A DNA stretch of 64,000 bases from Polynucleobacter sp. (GCF_040400325.1 NZ_JBBAQK010000010.1:7698-71697); one strand, 5' to 3'. Numbered from the stretch's first letter, positions 45,170 through 53,655 are shown. Notes: generated by a model from the sequence alone, not told the origin. Numbers and translations: made by a program.

Positions 45170-47077
45170 TTATTTTCCTGAGTATCTTAGCCCAACAAAT
45201 ACATTTGAGCCCGGAGTTAAGTATCCATAAGACAATTGATATTGGGCATTAAATACATTGTTCCATTTTGCAAATACCGACCATTCAGGCGTGAGCTCAT
45301 GACTGGCATATAAGTTCATCAACGCATATCCGCCCATTGCCTGAGTATTAGATGCATTTGCATAACGGACTCCTGCAAGCGTTAGATTTACACCTAAATC
45401 AGATTTAACAAAACGATAGTCTGCTCCGATATTTGCAGTATTTTTTGCCCTATATGGCAACTGTAACCCTGTCCCCGCATTAATTGCGTTCATTAAATCA
45501 TAGGAGGTTCGGAGAGTAAGCGCCTCAAGGCGGGCATTTGCGCCAAAAGAACCGCCAGTAATACGAGTTTTTGCAAAATTAGTTGGGCAATATCCGCTTG
45601 ATTGATAATTACATGGCAATGCAATAATTAAATTTTGTATTTGATTTTGATAAACAACTGCATGAAGATCGTAGATCTTTCCTTCGTAATGAAGCCCTCC
45701 CTCAACGTTTTTATTGGTTTCAGGCTGAACGTTTGGATTTCCATATCCAGGGTAGTACAAATCATTAAAAGTTGGGGCGCGGAATCCCGTCCCGTAATTG
45801 ATATTTGCTCTTAGTTCCTTAGTGAAAAAATAACCATAAGCAACACTACCAGTAGTTTGTGAACCATAATTTGAAATAACATCGTTTCTTAGTGCAGCTG
45901 TCAGTAAATTAACGCCGCGTTTGAGCTGATATGAGGCCGCCACGGAATCAGTGGTTCTACTAGTATATAAGCTCGTGTTATTTGATAAACCAGTTACGCT
46001 CTTTGAGTAATTTGCGTTGACATACTGTATTCGACGCTCTCCCAAGACTTGAAGAATGTCATCCCCTAATCGAATATCGTTTTGCCATAAAAAGTCATTT
46101 TGCGGGGTATTAATTGGGTCATTGGCAGCGCTTGTAATGCTTTGTGCATTATTTGTTGAGTTTGAAATCTGCAACAGACTTTGCCAATTTTTCGTAATCT
46201 GATTTTTGGAGTAAATAGATCCAACAAACAAGTTTCCTACTTGCTGATTCATTTCGGGAACTCTATAAACTCCGCTGTAACCTGGGTATTGATAGGAATC
46301 ACGTGTTGCTAAAACTTTGAGCCCGAACTCCTGACCAACTCCCCAATCCTGAGAGAGCTGACTCATAAATCCTTCACGCGTATAAGCAGATGAGCTATTA
46401 GGATAACGCTTATATGATGGATTATTACTTGCAACAGTATTAAATCCAGCTGAATTCTCCTGGCTCACTCCTAATGAATATCTTATTTTGTTGGCATCAT
46501 CAGTCGAGCCTGAAATACTCGCATTGTTAATGGTGGTTCCATAACTACCGTATCCTGATGATGCTGAGAATTGGGTTGGGCCCTCACCTTTTTTAGTAAA
46601 AATTTGGATAACGCCACCCAGTGCATCGGCACCATAGAAAGTGCTTTGTGGGCCAAAAATGATTTCAATATGATCAATGAGCGCTACTGGGATAGTGCTC
46701 CAAACTGCACCACCCAAAGTTGAGGATTCAGTGCGCACTCCGTCAATCAGCACAAGCGCCTGGTTATTGGCTGAGCCTCTTAAGTAGACGCTAGCCAATC
46801 CACCGCTTCCTCCATAGGTTTGAATTTGTACACCTCTTTGTTGCTGAAGTAACTCTGGCAAGCTTGATTGCACAGCACGTGCTATCTCCTCAGGACCTAT
46901 ATAGCCATAGTCAGCAAGTACATCATTTGAAGATACCCCATACCGTGTAGCAGTCACGATAATTGGCTTAACAGCATCAGCAATATTATCAACTGACACT
47001 GATTGTGCAATTACTACCTCAGAAATGGTTAGCCCAAGGCAGGATAAAAGGGCAAGTACTCTTATGTAAGTTTTCAT
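45170..47077 (-). CDS. btuB: TonB-dependent corrinoid receptor
   Basis: Signal peptide, IVTATR TonB box, LVLIDG, IEIIFGPQSTFYGADALGGVIQIFTK, GFRAPTFNDLY. Downstream of a B12 riboswitch. Start at ATG 47077. Confidence 0.9.
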   Translation of the reverse strand: MKTYIRVLALLSCLGLTISEVVIAQSVSVDNIADAVKPIIVTATRYGVSSNDVLADYGYIGPEEIARAVQSSLPELLQQQRGVQIQTYGGSGGLASVYLRGSANNQALVLIDGVRTESSTLGGAVWSTIPVALIDHIEIIFGPQSTFYGADALGGVIQIFTKKGEGPTQFSASSGYGSYGTTINNASISGSTDDANKIRYSLGVSQENSAGFNTVASNNPSYKRYPNSSSAYTREGFMSQLSQDWGVGQEFGLKVLATRDSYQYPGYSGVYRVPEMNQQVGNLFVGSIYSKNQITKNWQSLLQISNSTNNAQSITSAANDPINTPQNDFLWQNDIRLGDDILQVLGERRIQYVNANYSKSVTGLSNNTSLYTSRTTDSVAASYQLKRGVNLLTAALRNDVISNYGSQTTGSVAYGYFFTKELRANINYGTGFRAPTFNDLYYPGYGNPNVQPETNKNVEGGLHYEGKIYDLHAVVYQNQIQNLIIALPCNYQSSGYCPTNFAKTRITGGSFGANARLEALTLRTSYDLMNAINAGTGLQLPYRAKNTANIGADYRFVKSDLGVNLTLAGVRYANASNTQAMGGYALMNLYASHELTPEWSVFAKWNNVFNAQYQLSYGYLTPGSNVFVGLRYSGK

Positions 47078-47224
47078 GATAAATCCAGGTAAGGCCGCCA
47101 CCCAACTCTCCCCGTTGGATCGCTTAAAAGAAAACAGAATTGAGCCTAGATGTGTCAATTCGTGCCTGCAATACAGCCTCAGGCATCTCACTGGCACACG
47201 AAAATCCTCGTTCGTATTTCCAAC

Positions 47225-47420
47225 CTGTTGAAGCCGGTATCCGGGCTAATGAGTATCAGAATTTAACCTTCCCAAACATGACTGTTCAGTGGTACTGAAA
47301 TTCCTGCACTAAAAGTGCACTCACTTACCGTTGCGGGGACAGCATGGTGACTACTTTTTGGAGCTCCAATTTCCCGTTTAACTATCTTTCAAAAATGGAA
47401 AGATGAGCACTATCAACTCT
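47225..47420 (-). ncRNA. Cobalamin (AdoCbl) riboswitch
   Basis: Minus strand TTAAACGGGAA, CCCCGCAACGGTAAG, CCACTG...GGGAAGG, and B12 box AGCCCGGATACCGGC. Upstream of btuB. Boundaries approximate. Confidence 0.93.
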
Positions 47421-47458
47421 GTTAGTGTAACTTAAACGCTAATAAATGCGCCTTAAAA

Positions 47459-47719
47459 TTATGCGGGAGCCTCTAGACTCTTTTGCAGACGCACACACGT
47501 GGCATCGCAAAATGGCTGCTTAGACGTTTGTTTACAGCCGCAAAAATATACCTTTTTGCTCTCTAAAGCAGAGAATTTGACTGGCTGGAAGCCCATATCA
47601 ATATGGGAGTTATCGCAAAATGGTTGAGTCTGACTATTACCGCAAGCGCACCATTTGTAAACATTATGAGCATCAATTTCAGTCAGAAATGGGCCCAATT
47701 GAGCAATTTTTGCCTTCAC
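47459..47719 (-). CDS. CDGSH iron-sulfur domain protein (two CDGSH-type motifs)
   Basis: WCACGNSQTQPFCDNSH and FCGCKQTSKQPFCDAT. GTG start. Confidence 0.85.
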   Translation of the reverse strand: MKAKIAQLGPFLTEIDAHNVYKWCACGNSQTQPFCDNSHIDMGFQPVKFSALESKKVYFCGCKQTSKQPFCDATCVRLQKSLEAPA

Positions 47720-47816
47720 TATGCCCCTTGTATTCTATTTGACTGGCACATTATCCAGCTATTTTAATGAACTGTATAACTCAAGCGCGGGGTTCCACTC
47801 CTATGTTTTACAGGGC

Positions 47817-47822
47817 TACAAT
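47817..47822 (+). promoter_or_regulatory. Putative -10 hexamer TACAAT, 6 nt before ATG 47829 (leaderless candidate)
   Basis: TACAAT-accaag-ATG. Confidence 0.55.
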
Positions 47823-47828
47823 ACCAAG

Positions 47829-48116
47829 ATGAGCGAGCAAAACCAATTTTCCCTAGGTGATAACAGAGCTGACCTAGATGCAGTCAATGCATCTGTCAAA
47901 CGCTTATCCGAAAAAGTTCAGCTCATTACTGAAGCAGTTAAGGAACTTCATCAAAACCGCACCCAACTGCAAGGTAAAATTGAAGATGCGCAAAAACGCA
48001 TTCAACATATTTTGAGTCGTCTGCCCGATCAGGGTGATGGACGCCAGCTGAATTTACTGAATGAAGTAACTCCACCTAATACGCCAGAGGATGATAGTGA
48101 GCCAACAACGCATTGA
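47829..48116 (+). CDS. Coiled-coil protein upstream of zapA (ZapB-like by position and heptad pattern)
   Basis: LSEKVQLITEAVKELHQNRTQLQGKIEDAQKRIQHILSRLP. Overlaps zapA. Confidence 0.65.
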   Translation: MSEQNQFSLGDNRADLDAVNASVKRLSEKVQLITEAVKELHQNRTQLQGKIEDAQKRIQHILSRLPDQGDGRQLNLLNEVTPPNTPEDDSEPTTH

Positions 48117-48450
48117 AGTAACTCTCGCCGGCCAAAAGATTACCCTGTCTACTAGTACAGAACATGAGCCACTATTGCGTGCAGCTTGCGTTTTAGTTGA
48201 TGAACAAATTAAATTGGCGATTAATGGTGGCAATCGGAGTATAGAGCGCGCCAGTATGATGGCAGCACTAAAAATTGCAGGGGATCTGATTAAACTCCAA
48301 AGCACACCATCGCCATCCAGTGCGTCCTCTAACGCTAATAGCAACGAAGTTGCTCGCCTTCAAGCAGAAATTCATGCATTAGAAGATCAAGTAGATGGCT
48401 TGATGCAATCCCTTTCCCTGCCTGGTTCGCCAAGGCCAATAGTTCCTTGA
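48097..48450 (+). CDS. zapA: Cell division protein ZapA
   Basis: IEVTLAGQKITL...LLRAACVLVDEQI...ERASMMAALKIA. GTG 48097 has an AGAGG SD. Followed by 6S RNA. Confidence 0.85.
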   Translation: MSQQRIEVTLAGQKITLSTSTEHEPLLRAACVLVDEQIKLAINGGNRSIERASMMAALKIAGDLIKLQSTPSPSSASSNANSNEVARLQAEIHALEDQVDGLMQSLSLPGSPRPIVP

Positions 48451-48627
48451 ACCGATGCGCAAGCATCCGGAACGATCTTTACCTTGCGGGCGTGAGCGTT
48501 TCGAAGATTCACAGTGTCAGCCTCGAGCTGGTCACTCCCTGAGTCTCTTAATGCACCCAAAGCAGAGTAGCCGTTCCACCATGAACCTTAGGGTTCAGGA
48601 TGACGGCCTAGCGGCTAAGGCGGGGAA
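48414..48627 (+). ncRNA. ssrS: 6S RNA
   Basis: Terminal stem TTCCCTGCCT/AGGCGGGGAA. Conserved blocks GTTCGCCAAGGCC, CCTTGAACCGAT, TGAACCTTAGGGTTCAGG, GGCCTAGCGGC. Canonical position after zapA. Confidence 0.9.
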
Positions 48628-48630
48628 TTC

Positions 48631-49449
48631 ATGTTACTAAGTGATATTGCGATGCTGCTATTGTGCGGCGGCATCACCGGATTTTTAGCCGGCCTACTCG
48701 GTATTGGTGGTGGCATGATTTTGGTGCCCTTCATGATTTTGGTTTTCAACCACCTGCACTTTGATCAAAGCATCATTGTTCATATGGCTATTGCTTCAGG
48801 CATGGCTACCATTCTTTTTACAACTACCTCTGCCATTTCGGCACATCACAAGCATGGCTCGATCGACTGGTCTTTAGTGAAATCATTTAGTCCAGGCTTG
48901 GTAATTGGCGGCCTAGTTGGCGGTAGTGAAATCTTTGAAGCTCTGAATACCTCATGGCTCTCGCTCTTTTTTGCAACATTTCTCGTCTATTCATCAGCTC
49001 AAATGATTATCAATAAAAAACCTAAGCCTGGAAGAGAATTGCCGGGTTCATTGGGTTTAGTTTCCTTTGGTGCATTTGCAGGCACTTTATCAAGCCTAGT
49101 TGGAGCAGGTGGCGCATTCATTACAGTACCCTTCATGCTCTGGTGCAATGTCAAACCCCATATCGCCATGGCCAGCTCATCTGGGCTTGGTTTTCCAATT
49201 GCAGTAGCGGCCACGATTGGTTATATGTATGGCAGCTGGGGTAATCCCAATCTGCCACCCGGTTCCTTAGGATTCATTTACCTGCCTGCAGTAGCTTGCA
49301 TTGTCGCCGTCAGCATCTTTACGGCTCCCTTAGGCGCCAAGATGGCACGCAAACTGAATGTTGCTCAGTTAAAGCGCATCTTTGGTGTTATGCTCATTTT
49401 CCTTGCAGTCTTCATGTTTAATGAGAGCCGCAAGGCATTTGGTTTCTAA
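48631..49449 (+). CDS. TauE/SafE (TSUP) family exporter
   Basis: GFLAGLLGIGGG..LVP, SLVGAGGA..TVP, APLGAKMA. About 8 TM segments. Confidence 0.87.
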   Translation: MLLSDIAMLLLCGGITGFLAGLLGIGGGMILVPFMILVFNHLHFDQSIIVHMAIASGMATILFTTTSAISAHHKHGSIDWSLVKSFSPGLVIGGLVGGSEIFEALNTSWLSLFFATFLVYSSAQMIINKKPKPGRELPGSLGLVSFGAFAGTLSSLVGAGGAFITVPFMLWCNVKPHIAMASSSGLGFPIAVAATIGYMYGSWGNPNLPPGSLGFIYLPAVACIVAVSIFTAPLGAKMARKLNVAQLKRIFGVMLIFLAVFMFNESRKAFGF

Positions 49450-49455
49450 ATACGA

Positions 49456-50979
49456 TTACGTCGTATATTGCTGACGCAGGATATTCTTTTGTACTTTTCC
49501 CATCGCATTTCGAGGTAAGTCTGCAACGATTTCTAAACGCTTCGGGATCTTGAAGTTGGCGATCTGAGATTTCAAGGTCGCAATCATCACCTCAGCATTG
49601 AGCTTTGCACCTGCTTTTGGTACAACTACCGCCATCACCGCTTCACCAAAGTCCGGATGTGGAATACCAATTACCGCACTCTCATCAACGCCATCCATAT
49701 CATCGATGAAACTTTCGATTTCTTTTGGATACACGTTATATCCACCAGAAATAATCAGGTCCTTACTGCGCCCCACAATACAAAGATAATCTTTTGGTGC
49801 TTTACCACCATTTGCATCGCCACCCCAGCGACCAACGTCACCAGTTTTGAACCAACCATCTTTAGTAAATTCTTCTGCAGTTTTCTCCGGCATCCGCCAG
49901 TAACCCTTAAAGACGTTCGGACCCTTGACTTCAATATTGCCGATTTCATCAACGCCACAGGGTTTGATATTGTCATTGACAACGCGCACCTTAACACCAG
50001 GTAGCGGCAAGCCAACTGAGCCACCTATTCGATTACCTTTGTAGGGATTAGAGACCAACATGACGGTTTCACTCATGCCATAACGCTCTAGAATCGGCTC
50101 GCCAATCACTTGCTTAAACGTATTAAATGTTTCAGTTAACAGTGGCGCAGAACCAGAAATAAATAAACGCATATTGCGTGCTACCTGCTTATTAAAGCCT
50201 TTATCAGCCAACAGGCGTACATAGAAAGTGGGCACGCCCATCATCACCGTTGAGGCTGGCATATGTTTAATCAGCTGAGCAGTATCTAGGCGTGGTAACC
50301 AAATCATTTTGCTGCCATTAATCAATGCACCATGGGCTGCGACAAATAAACCATGGACATGAAAGATAGGAAGAGCATGCAGGAGTACATCCCCTTTTTT
50401 CCAAGCCCAAAACTTTTGCAATACCTGAGCATTGCTTCCCAGATTTTGATGAGTCAGCATGGCACCCTTGCTGCGCCCTGTTGTGCCAGACGTATACAAA
50501 ATTGCAGCTAGGTCATCATCTTTTGCGGGAACTGTTTTAAATTGATCGCTCAGATGTGCAGCACGGTCTAGTAGGGTACCTTTGCGATCCTCATCTAAGG
50601 TAAACACATGTTTAGTGCCTGCTTTAAACGCGACTTTTGAGACCCATGAAAAATGCTTACTACTGCAAACAAGCACTGCGGGTTCTGCATTCTCAATAAA
50701 GTATTGGATCTCAGCTGCTTGATAAGCGGTATTTAAGGGGAGATAAACATATCCTGCGCGAATGGTTGCCAGATACAAGAAAAGCGCTTCAGGTGATTTT
50801 TCCACCTGAACCGCAATCCTTGAACCAGCAGGAAGTTTAAGGCTCTTCAGCAGGTTAGCCATCTTTGCAGTGGCCCGCTCTAGATCACTCCATGAGTAGT
50901 ACAAACCATCGTGTGTTTCTAGAGCACATGCTTTCTTATCTCTTGGAAAACCTTTTTCCAATAGCGAATACAAATTCAT
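49456..50979 (-). CDS. matB: Malonyl-CoA synthetase
   Basis: YTSGTTGRSKG, LPIFHVHGLF, MGVPTFY, ERYGMSET, GRSKDLIISGGYNVYPKEIE, GKVQKN. Confidence 0.9.
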   Translation of the reverse strand: MNLYSLLEKGFPRDKKACALETHDGLYYSWSDLERATAKMANLLKSLKLPAGSRIAVQVEKSPEALFLYLATIRAGYVYLPLNTAYQAAEIQYFIENAEPAVLVCSSKHFSWVSKVAFKAGTKHVFTLDEDRKGTLLDRAAHLSDQFKTVPAKDDDLAAILYTSGTTGRSKGAMLTHQNLGSNAQVLQKFWAWKKGDVLLHALPIFHVHGLFVAAHGALINGSKMIWLPRLDTAQLIKHMPASTVMMGVPTFYVRLLADKGFNKQVARNMRLFISGSAPLLTETFNTFKQVIGEPILERYGMSETVMLVSNPYKGNRIGGSVGLPLPGVKVRVVNDNIKPCGVDEIGNIEVKGPNVFKGYWRMPEKTAEEFTKDGWFKTGDVGRWGGDANGGKAPKDYLCIVGRSKDLIISGGYNVYPKEIESFIDDMDGVDESAVIGIPHPDFGEAVMAVVVPKAGAKLNAEVMIATLKSQIANFKIPKRLEIVADLPRNAMGKVQKNILRQQYTT

Positions 50980-51009
50980 TAGAGCCTCAAAATCAAAAAA
51001 TACTATTGA

Positions 51010-51993
51010 TTAGTCAAGCGTTGCGCCCGACTTTTTCACCACAGCGCTCCAGCGAGCAATATCTGCACTCACTAGCTTACCAAAAGCATCACCGGTCAAG
51101 TTAGGTGTATCTGAACCGTTCTTTTCCCAAATTGATTTCATTTTTGGAGTATTTAGTGCCTTTTGGACTTCTACAATCATCTTATCGACGATCGGTTTTG
51201 GAGTGCCAGCAGGCGCAAAAAGAGAGTACCAAGTTGAAACGAGATAGTCAGGTAATCCAGCCTCTTGGAATGTCGGGACATTTGGGATAGCAGAACTACG
51301 TTTGTTTGAGGCTACAGCGATTGCCACCAATTTACCCGCATTAATTTGAGGAGCAGAAGTTGCTAGACCATCAAATTCAAGATCAATTTGCCCTGCCAGT
51401 AAATCATTCATTGCTGGGCCAGCACCCCGATATGGAATATGAGTAATAAAGGTGCCTGTCTGAATTTTATATAACTCGCCAGCAAGGTGATGCACAGTAC
51501 CACTACCAGCGCTTGCATAATTATATTTGCCTGGATTTTTTTTCATTAATTGCTCGAATTCTTTTGCATTACGAGCACTGACACGGCTAGGATTCACTAC
51601 CAATACTTGCGGCACGTTCGCTATCATCGCAACTGGGATGAAATTCTTCTCTATATCGTAGTCCAAATTTTTATACATGGATGGCGCAATCGTGTGATGT
51701 GACGCCCCAACAAACCAGGTATAGCCATCAGGGGCAGCTTTTGCGGCAACAGATGCACCTACTGTACCGCCAGCACCACCTCGGTTATCGATGAGAATCT
51801 GCTTTCCGAGTTGCTCTGTCAATTGAGCCGCTAAAGGTCTTGCAAAGGCATCTGTTCCACCACCAGCCGGAAACGGATTTATAAAGGTGATTGGTTTGTT
51901 GGGCCACTCTTGGGCCAGTGCAATCAATGGGCTTGCGCATAGTATTACCAGTACTTTCTTGAGCAATCCATTTAGATTTACTTGCTTAGTCAT
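51010..51993 (-). CDS. Tripartite tricarboxylate transporter substrate-binding protein (Bug/TctC)
   Basis: PFPAGGGTD, NRGGAGG, YASAGSG, HIPYRGAGPA, PNVPTF. Confidence 0.9.
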   Translation of the reverse strand: MTKQVNLNGLLKKVLVILCASPLIALAQEWPNKPITFINPFPAGGGTDAFARPLAAQLTEQLGKQILIDNRGGAGGTVGASVAAKAAPDGYTWFVGASHHTIAPSMYKNLDYDIEKNFIPVAMIANVPQVLVVNPSRVSARNAKEFEQLMKKNPGKYNYASAGSGTVHHLAGELYKIQTGTFITHIPYRGAGPAMNDLLAGQIDLEFDGLATSAPQINAGKLVAIAVASNKRSSAIPNVPTFQEAGLPDYLVSTWYSLFAPAGTPKPIVDKMIVEVQKALNTPKMKSIWEKNGSDTPNLTGDAFGKLVSADIARWSAVVKKSGATLD

Positions 51994-52120
51994 ATCTGTC
52001 TCCTTCGTTTGCCATTTTTATTGGCTTGTTTATTTACTGCGGGTTTTATAAAGCTAATTCAGATTTCGTTCATTTTACGTCTTAACGGCACCTCATCATC
52101 CAAACTTATCCGCACAGCAT

Positions 52121-53425
52121 TTATGGCGTCATTAAACGCCCTACTGCGCGAGAATAATCAATTTCTCCCTGGGTAAAACGCTCATGGTTCTCCTCCACTG
52201 AAGAAAGATCATATAAATAATTCACCATTAGCGAAGCAGATTGGCGCAAACCCTTACGGGATAGGTCGCCAGCCCAATTGATTTGATGTAATCTGGCGCC
52301 GTTACTCAAGTGAAACTTAGCCACAGGGTTACCATTTCTTCCGGCTGAACCCAGGCCCAAATAAAGACTGGCTAAGCATAACAAGGCTGATTTTTCTTTT
52401 TGAGTTGCATTATCAGGATGCCAACCAGCATTTAAACGCTCAGGCCAAGAGTGATGGTTCAGGCCCATCGCTTCTAATGCCTGATCTCGCGCAGTTCGAA
52501 TCGCAGGCTTAAGTTGTGTACCTGATTTTTGATCGCTAATATCAGCGCCAGCAGCGATCCAATCTATGAATCCAGGAATAGGAGAAAGTGTGACAAAGGT
52601 TTTTAAACTGGGGAACTCCGCATGCAATTGCTCTGCAACCCGCTTGATTAAAAAATTGCCCATCGATACACCACGTAAACCAGGCTCGCAGTTACTAATC
52701 GAGTAAAAAGCTGCAACTTTATATTGAGATGCTTGATGCATGGTCTCTGCCTTTTTATCAACCAAAGGCATGACGATCGCTGGAATTTCAGGTAACAGCG
52801 CAACCTCAACGAATATCAGGGGTTCATGGGGCAATTGCGGATGAAAAAATGCGAAACATCTGCGATCCGGCTGCAGCCTCCTGCGCAAGTCATCCCAACC
52901 ATCAATAGCATGCACCGCCTCATGTTGAATTAGCTTTTCCAAGACCTCTGCTGGTGACTTCCAATCCACCCGGTGCATTTTTAGAAAGCCGGGATTAAAC
53001 CAAGAAGATAGTAAGTGGCGTAAATCAAAATCAACCGCAGTTAACTCAGGCTGCTTATCTAATAATTGCAATAAGTCTCGGCGCATTTCTACTAAAGCTC
53101 CTGTGCCATCACTTGCACGATTCAGACGACGAAATAATTCCTGTCTTGGGGGTTCAGCAACGCGCTGTAAGTTAATGTAATTTCGTGCATTTGCTTCTAC
53201 TGCAAAATGTTGTGCGGCAGTCATCACTGCTGTTGGATCAGGGTTGAGCTTTTCAAATAAGAACGTAAAAAATTTGACATGCTGATCTTTAGATAGCTTA
53301 CGATAGTTATGAATCACCTCATTTGCCATGCTGACAGCATTTGATTCTCCTCGCTCAGATGTGAGACGATTTACAGCCCCAGTGAGGCGTGAAAAATAGC
53401 GGGCTTTTGCAAGCTTTTCAAGCAT
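52121..53425 (-). CDS. Malonyl-CoA decarboxylase
   Basis: RQELFRRLN, WFNPGFL, HEAVH, DRRCFAFFHP, FYSISNC..GL.GVS.GNFLIK, TLSPIPGF, VAKFHLSNGA. Confidence 0.92.
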   Translation of the reverse strand: MLEKLAKARYFSRLTGAVNRLTSERGESNAVSMANEVIHNYRKLSKDQHVKFFTFLFEKLNPDPTAVMTAAQHFAVEANARNYINLQRVAEPPRQELFRRLNRASDGTGALVEMRRDLLQLLDKQPELTAVDFDLRHLLSSWFNPGFLKMHRVDWKSPAEVLEKLIQHEAVHAIDGWDDLRRRLQPDRRCFAFFHPQLPHEPLIFVEVALLPEIPAIVMPLVDKKAETMHQASQYKVAAFYSISNCEPGLRGVSMGNFLIKRVAEQLHAEFPSLKTFVTLSPIPGFIDWIAAGADISDQKSGTQLKPAIRTARDQALEAMGLNHHSWPERLNAGWHPDNATQKEKSALLCLASLYLGLGSAGRNGNPVAKFHLSNGARLHQINWAGDLSRKGLRQSASLMVNYLYDLSSVEENHERFTQGEIDYSRAVGRLMTP

Positions 53426-53449
53426 GAAACTCTTTCAAAGAAAGGGGTT

Positions 53450-53463
53450 AGCGATTAATCGCT
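53450..53463. promoter_or_regulatory. Perfect 14-bp palindrome AGCGATTAATCGCT upstream of mcd (candidate operator)
   Basis: Exact self-complement, 25-38 bp before the mcd ATG. Confidence 0.45.
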
Positions 53464-53526
53464 TAGCAAAACGAATGTATATCTATCAACTTTATGCTAA
53501 TCATTAGACTACAAAAAGAGGATAGT

Positions 53527-53643
53527 TCATTGATTATTGCGATGCAACATGTGGGCTTCATCTGCAGCTTTTGAAAGACTTCCAGTCTTTACAAATGAGC
53601 AGAGTATTTCTAGTTTACGGAGTGTGACTTCTTCATTCAACAT
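53527..53643 (-). pseudogene. Truncated LysR-type regulator (MdcR-like) N-terminal HTH remnant, 38 codons
   Basis: Manual translation MLNEEVTLRKLEILCSFVKTGSLSKAADEAHMLHRNNQ*. Fits the LysR start pattern and the EE(I/V)TL(R/K)KLE opening I recall for MdcR. Below the ORF-track size cutoff. Confidence 0.8.
53535..53549. promoter_or_regulatory. TATTGC-GAT-GCAACA dyad (PhaR-like box) upstream of the malonate operon
   Basis: Same flanks as 34039-34053 with the central triplet inverted. Confidence 0.45.
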
Positions 53644-53655
53644 AGAAAGGAAGCT

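Noticed and set aside
53574-53590. AAAGAC-TTCCA-GTCTTT hairpin as an lgt terminator
   Set aside because: Weak stem with no U tract, lying inside the LysR remnant coding sequence, so likely coincidental.
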